DNA from: Candidatus Bathyarchaeota archaeon
GTDB taxonomy: Archaea; Thermoproteota; Bathyarchaeia; Bathyarchaeales; Bathycorpusculaceae
NCBI GenBank assembly: GCA_963782525.1
Contig: CAWAKC010000009.1
Coordinates: 160,001-224,000 of the forward strand
Direction of reading: 5' to 3'
DNA length: 64,000 nt
This document shows, one piece after another, positions 60,132-64,000 of this stretch; position 1 is the stretch's first letter; each line of letters begins with the position of its first letter. A program made the translations under genes and the position numbers. The notes under the pieces are model-generated. The model did not search any database and was not told the origin of the DNA. It saw nothing but the letters and a program-made list of their open reading frames with translations.

Positions 60132-60614
60132 TTACAACTCAGTTGCTTTCTTGTCTTTTAATTCGGCTGCGATTCTCTGCCCAAACTCTATTGCTTTAGC
60201 GAGTTCCCCGTCCACAACAGGTCCATTTACACCCTTAACCCGCACGGAAAGACCAGGCATTATCAACACCGAACTGGGCAAACGCTCATTTATTTGGCGT
60301 TCGAGTTTTTTCATTGCCTTCTGGAAATAACGGTCTCTCTGAAAATAAGTGTCGAAAACAGCAACCCACTTAGCATCCAAACGGTTGTTGGAGAGGGAAT
60401 CCACAAATTTTCGCATAGTCCATGAGGGCCTTCCCATATGATTTGGCGCCCCAATCACCAACACATCGTAACCAACCAGCTTTTGAGAGTCAACATCTTT
60501 GACGTATTCAACCGCCACATCGAATCCACCTGCTTGATTTAACCCCTCAACGATTTTCATAGCCACAAGCTTCGTGTTGCCATATTTTGAATCGTAGATA
60601 ACGAAAACTTTCAA
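60132..60614 (-). CDS. Flavodoxin-domain protein
   Basis: VIYDSKYGNT, IGAPNH, AVFDT; start set to TTG 60614. Confidence 0.88.
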   Translation of the reverse strand: MKVFVIYDSKYGNTKLVAMKIVEGLNQAGGFDVAVEYVKDVDSQKLVGYDVLVIGAPNHMGRPSWTMRKFVDSLSNNRLDAKWVAVFDTYFQRDRYFQKAMKKLERQINERLPSSVLIMPGLSVRVKGVNGPVVDGELAKAIEFGQRIAAELKDKKATEL

Positions 60615-60628
60615 GACAGCACCTCGCT

Positions 60629-60985
60629 CTAAGTTGCCTTGTCGAGTATCGGGGGTTTGCGCCGTGCATCCCAAGCATGATGCAACGCTAAACTTGGATG
60701 ATGAATGAGAAGTCGTGGACCCGAGTAACGCATAACCTTCCTAACCTGCAGTTTCATATCAGGTTTGTAGCAGTGAATAACACATTTTCCGCAAGTAGTT
60801 TTTTTGTCTTGGAAAGGACATTTGTCAAGGCGCATGTACGCGTAGTCTTGGAATTGTTTGCATTCAACGCATAATTCGCCGTGGGTTTCGTGGTGGCCTC
60901 TGCAGTAGATGTCTACCATATACGCTATGGTTTTTTTCTCGCGTTTCATCCGTTTATGTTCAGGGTTGGGCGGTTGAGGCTTCAT
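60629..60985 (-). CDS. YgbA-like (nitrous oxide-stimulated promoter family) Cys-rich protein
   Basis: REKKTI..M..IYC..HH, LCxEC, RLDKCP, CGKC..HCY, VMRYSGPR. Confidence 0.88.
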   Translation of the reverse strand: MKPQPPNPEHKRMKREKKTIAYMVDIYCRGHHETHGELCVECKQFQDYAYMRLDKCPFQDKKTTCGKCVIHCYKPDMKLQVRKVMRYSGPRLLIHHPSLALHHAWDARRKPPILDKAT

Positions 60986-61049
60986 TTTTATCGTCAGAAT
61001 AATAGAGCCGCTTCGCCACATAAGAGTTTACCCTAAAATGTAAGGGTTT

Positions 61050-62120
61050 TCAGGGTAATCTTTGCGAAGTTGCGGACTTTGCTTTTTCGCCTTTTATGCG
61101 GTTTCTTCGTCTTAACGCAAGATGAACAAGCGTCAGCATGACTGGAATTTCAATGAGAGGACCTACAACCGTTGAAACCGCCACCATAGGCATCGAAGCA
61201 AACGCAGTCAACGCGATTGCAATCGCCAACTCAAAGTTTCTTCCTGTGCTGTGAAACGCCATCGTAGCGGAGTCTTCATAGTTATACCCAAAACGCCGAG
61301 TGGTAAAGTAGACGAGGTTGAAGAGCAAGAAGAAAAATAGGACGACTGGAATTGCCATCTGCCAAACAAGCGAGGGATTATCTAAGATGACGCCGCCCCG
61401 CAACGCAAACATCACAACCATCGTGGCAAGCAACGCTAACAGTTGAAGCGAGTCGAAGTAGGGTATGAGTTTTTTCTGGAACCACTGCTGGGATTTGCGT
61501 TTGATGACTTCGCGGCGGGTTATAGCTCCTAAGAGCAGGGGTAAGCCAAGGTAGAGGAGGATGCTTTCTCCAATAAGGCTGATGTCGATTGAAACGTAGG
61601 TACCAACAAGCAGGGCAATGAACAGTGGCGTTGTGATTATTTGGATTATGCTGTTCCATGCCATAAGCACTATACCTAATGGACCGTTGCCCTTGCATAA
61701 GTCAGTCCAAACCAGCACCATGGCAATGCAAGGTGCAACCCCAAGAAGAATCAACCCTGTCCAGAGGTACCGGGCAGTCAGTGGATCAATCAAGCCAAAG
61801 TACGGGAAAATTACTTCAAAGAATACGTAACCTAAAGCAAACAACAGAAACGGGTTTACGGCGTAATTGAAGAAGACAATTATGCCGGTTTGTTTGGGGC
61901 TTTTTACGGCTTTTTTGAGTTCGCTGATTTCGATTTTGGTCATGGCGGGGTAAATCATGAAGAATAAGCCGATTGGGATGCCTATCGACAGTGTGCTGCT
62001 GAACTGCGGGAGATACTTACCCAGTGCCAAACCAATAATTATGGCGATGAATATCCAGAGGGCAAGGAGTTTGCTTATCCAACCCAACGATTTAGTTTCA
62101 TTTTCTTCACAAGCAGCCAT
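61050..62120 (-). CDS. acr3: Arsenite efflux transporter Acr3
   Basis: MIYP.M, GxAPCIAMVLVW, RNFELAIA, VVGPLIEIP. Confidence 0.93.
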   Translation of the reverse strand: MAACEENETKSLGWISKLLALWIFIAIIIGLALGKYLPQFSSTLSIGIPIGLFFMIYPAMTKIEISELKKAVKSPKQTGIIVFFNYAVNPFLLFALGYVFFEVIFPYFGLIDPLTARYLWTGLILLGVAPCIAMVLVWTDLCKGNGPLGIVLMAWNSIIQIITTPLFIALLVGTYVSIDISLIGESILLYLGLPLLLGAITRREVIKRKSQQWFQKKLIPYFDSLQLLALLATMVVMFALRGGVILDNPSLVWQMAIPVVLFFFLLFNLVYFTTRRFGYNYEDSATMAFHSTGRNFELAIAIALTAFASMPMVAVSTVVGPLIEIPVMLTLVHLALRRRNRIKGEKAKSATSQRLP

Positions 62121-62147
62121 CTAATCCGAAACCTGTTTCCGCTATTC

Positions 62148-62486
62148 CTATTCGGTTGGACCGCAACTCATCTGTTCCACAACTTCCTTCTTCAGGATGG
62201 AGACGAGTTCAGGTGACAAGGCATCGGTGGTATTGTAGATTCGTGAGTCATTGATGGAGTACATTCTTTTGGTTCCGTCTTTTCGGCATTTGATTGCTCC
62301 TACGTCTTTGAGGATTTTTAGGTGACGGGAGACGACGGGTTGGATGAGGCTGAGGTGTGGTACGATTTCGCAGACGCATTTTTCTCCGTCGCGGAGGAAT
62401 TCGAGGATTTCGAGTCGGTGGGCGTCGGAGAGGGCGTGAAAGACTTGTGCTTTGAATCGTATTTGTGTGGTTGTTAGTTGGTTCAT
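62148..62486 (-). CDS. arsR: ArsR/SmtB family repressor
   Basis: FHALSD..RLEIL, EKCVCEI, VSRHLKIL; start set to ATG 62486. Confidence 0.92.
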   Translation of the reverse strand: MNQLTTTQIRFKAQVFHALSDAHRLEILEFLRDGEKCVCEIVPHLSLIQPVVSRHLKILKDVGAIKCRKDGTKRMYSINDSRIYNTTDALSPELVSILKKEVVEQMSCGPTE

Positions 62487-62500
62487 AGCCAAAAAGAAAG

Positions 62501-62544
62501 TATATAACAATATTTAAATATTTACATTAATGATTGTTCATATA
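62501..62544. promoter_or_regulatory. Divergent promoter with palindromes, candidate ArsR operator
   Basis: Perfect 14-bp palindrome AATATTTAAATATT (62509-62522) within imperfect TATATAACAAT/ATTGTTCATATA. Confidence 0.45.
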
Positions 62545-62561
62545 ACGCCGCCCAAACACGA

Positions 62562-62894
62562 GTGACAAAATTGACCGAAGATTACGTCCACATCCGAAAC
62601 TGGCAACAATTCAAACACACAGTCACAGAAAAAAACCCCAGCTCAATCGTATTCATCCTCGAACAAAACGGCTTTTCAAAAAACAAAGAACTTAGCACCC
62701 TCAAAATAATAATGCTCCATGACAAACGCTACTACATCTTCTACGACTTCCCCAAAGGCGACACCCTCCGAGAAACAAAAATTCCCCTCCACAAAGACAA
62801 AAACGGCATCCCCAACCTAGACGAAGCCGAAGTCAAAGCATACCTGAAAGGTCAATTCCCAAACCTAGAAGTTTACTCGTTTTGGACAACATAA
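62562..62894 (+). CDS. Hypothetical protein
   Basis: 110-aa ORF with coding-like composition, followed closely by a ferredoxin. Confidence 0.65.
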   Translation: MTKLTEDYVHIRNWQQFKHTVTEKNPSSIVFILEQNGFSKNKELSTLKIIMLHDKRYYIFYDFPKGDTLRETKIPLHKDKNGIPNLDEAEVKAYLKGQFPNLEVYSFWTT

Positions 62895-62910
62895 ATTAAA
62901 GGTGATTTAA

Positions 62911-63195
62911 ATGTCTGAAGAAACATACGAAGGAATCCCCCGAGACAAAATACCTTGGGACCCCAAAATAGACTACGAAAAATGTATTGCCTGTGGAAAA
63001 TGCGTTGACTTCTGCCATATGGGCACTTTCAAGTTTGAAGAGGTAGCGGGCGAAAAAAGAACTACAGTAAACCCAGACAGATGTGTTGTTTTCTGTAGGG
63101 GTTGCGAGGATATCTGTCCAGCTGGCGCTATCTCCCATCCGTCAGAACAAGAAACCCAAAAAACAATCGACGAACTAAAAAAAGCAAAAACCTAA
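62911..63195 (+). CDS. 2[4Fe-4S] ferredoxin
   Basis: CIACGKCVDFC and CVVFCRGCEDICP; AGGTGA RBS. Confidence 0.9.
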   Translation: MSEETYEGIPRDKIPWDPKIDYEKCIACGKCVDFCHMGTFKFEEVAGEKRTTVNPDRCVVFCRGCEDICPAGAISHPSEQETQKTIDELKKAKT

Positions 63196-63283
63196 TGCCG
63201 GAGTGTTAGTCTTTTGCAGTTAATCCCTTTTTATTCACAATATTTATCGCTCTAAAAACTTGAACCAGCCAAAAGTGAAAAAG

Positions 63284-64000
63284 ATGAAAAAAGAAGCAAA
63301 AAAAGAACCCCAAGAAACGAACTGGGAAACTGGACTAGAAAACCAGGAAGTTCAAAAAAGGTTAGCATTCTATGGGTATAATGAGGTTCCTGAGAAGAAA
63401 GTAAGCTTTTGGGTGAGATTGGGAAAACGTTTCTGGGGCATTGTGCCCTGGATGCTTGAAGCCACAGCCATCGTCACTTTGATATTAGGCAAGTATCCAC
63501 AGGCACTTGTCATAATCTTTCTTCTTTTCTTCAACGCAGGAATGTCTTTGTGGCGTGAAGGCAGAGCAAAAGCAGCGATGGCTAAACTAAAGCAAAGACT
63601 ACGAATCCAAAGTCGAGTTAAAAGAGATAGAAAATGGTCCAGTATCCCAGCTAGAGAACTTGTCCCAGGAGACCTCGTTAGAGTAAGAATCGGCGATCTC
63701 TTGCCAGCCGATATAAAGATCATCGATGGTTCGCTTGGTTTAGACCAGTCGGTGCTCACTGGTGAATCAGGAATCGTGGATAAGTTACCTAAAGAAGTAG
63801 CATACTCAGGATCAGCCGTAAAACGTGGCGAAGCAACAGGAATAGTAGAAGCTACTGGAACAAAAACCTATTTTGGAAAAACCATTTCCCTGCTTGAACT
63901 TGCCAAACCAAAACTCCACATGGAAGAAGTCACAGTAAAAGTAGCACGTCAACTGGCCATAATAGTCCTCGCATCGCTCCTAATCGTCTTTGTATATGCC
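63284..64000 (+). CDS. P-type ATPase, type IIIA H+-ATPase-like, truncated by the window end (not in ORF track)
   Basis: Translated manually: GYNEVPEKK, FWGIVPWMLE, ELVPGD, DQSVLTGES, YSGS.VKRGE, TYFGK. Confidence 0.9.
   Translation, partial: MKKEAKKEPQETNWETGLENQEVQKRLAFYGYNEVPEKKVSFWVRLGKRFWGIVPWMLEATAIVTLILGKYPQALVIIFLLFFNAGMSLWREGRAKAAMAKLKQRLRIQSRVKRDRKWSSIPARELVPGDLVRVRIGDLLPADIKIIDGSLGLDQSVLTGESGIVDKLPKEVAYSGSAVKRGEATGIVEATGTKTYFGKTISLLELAKPKLHMEEVTVKVARQLAIIVLASLLIVFVYA

Noticed and set aside
63370-63759. 129-aa minus-strand ORF and the many other short ORFs nested in long genes
   Set aside because: Antisense or alternate-frame shadows of well-supported genes (here the H+-ATPase running off the window)

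Overview
Gene-dense archaeal chromosomal segment. Marker genes (eL13, eL15, eS30, Nop5/fibrillarin, GatDE, Elp3, Rio2, Sm, Pop5/Rpp30) point to the TACK group. The many NosD, PQQ-propeller and C-terminally anchored surface proteins suggest Bathyarchaeia (inference). Housekeeping blocks alternate with a nitrogen/redox block (two amt, NapH-like, NosD, Isf, hcp), a carbohydrate block (tpiA, debranching enzyme, galT, GT-C) and an arsenic block (arsR, acr3). I saw no rRNA, tRNA, CRISPR array or transposase. Best candidates for new biology: (1) a wHTH + ATP-cone + class III ribonucleotide reductase fusion (20672-22888) that appears to have lost both catalytic cysteines and the radical glycine, and has a perfect 11-bp inverted repeat over its own promoter, i.e. 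a putative nucleotide-sensing pseudo-enzyme transcription factor; (2) citG clustered with three Pol-beta-type nucleotidyltransferase paralogs, a decayed fourth fragment and two unannotated micro-ORFs (4477-9470); (3) an RGG/GAR-like tail on Nop5 abutting fibrillarin; (4) several structured non-coding elements. Several single-base lesions (tpiA, two surface-protein paralogs, one in-frame amber) could be assembly errors. All family assignments come from motif recognition by eye, not database searches.
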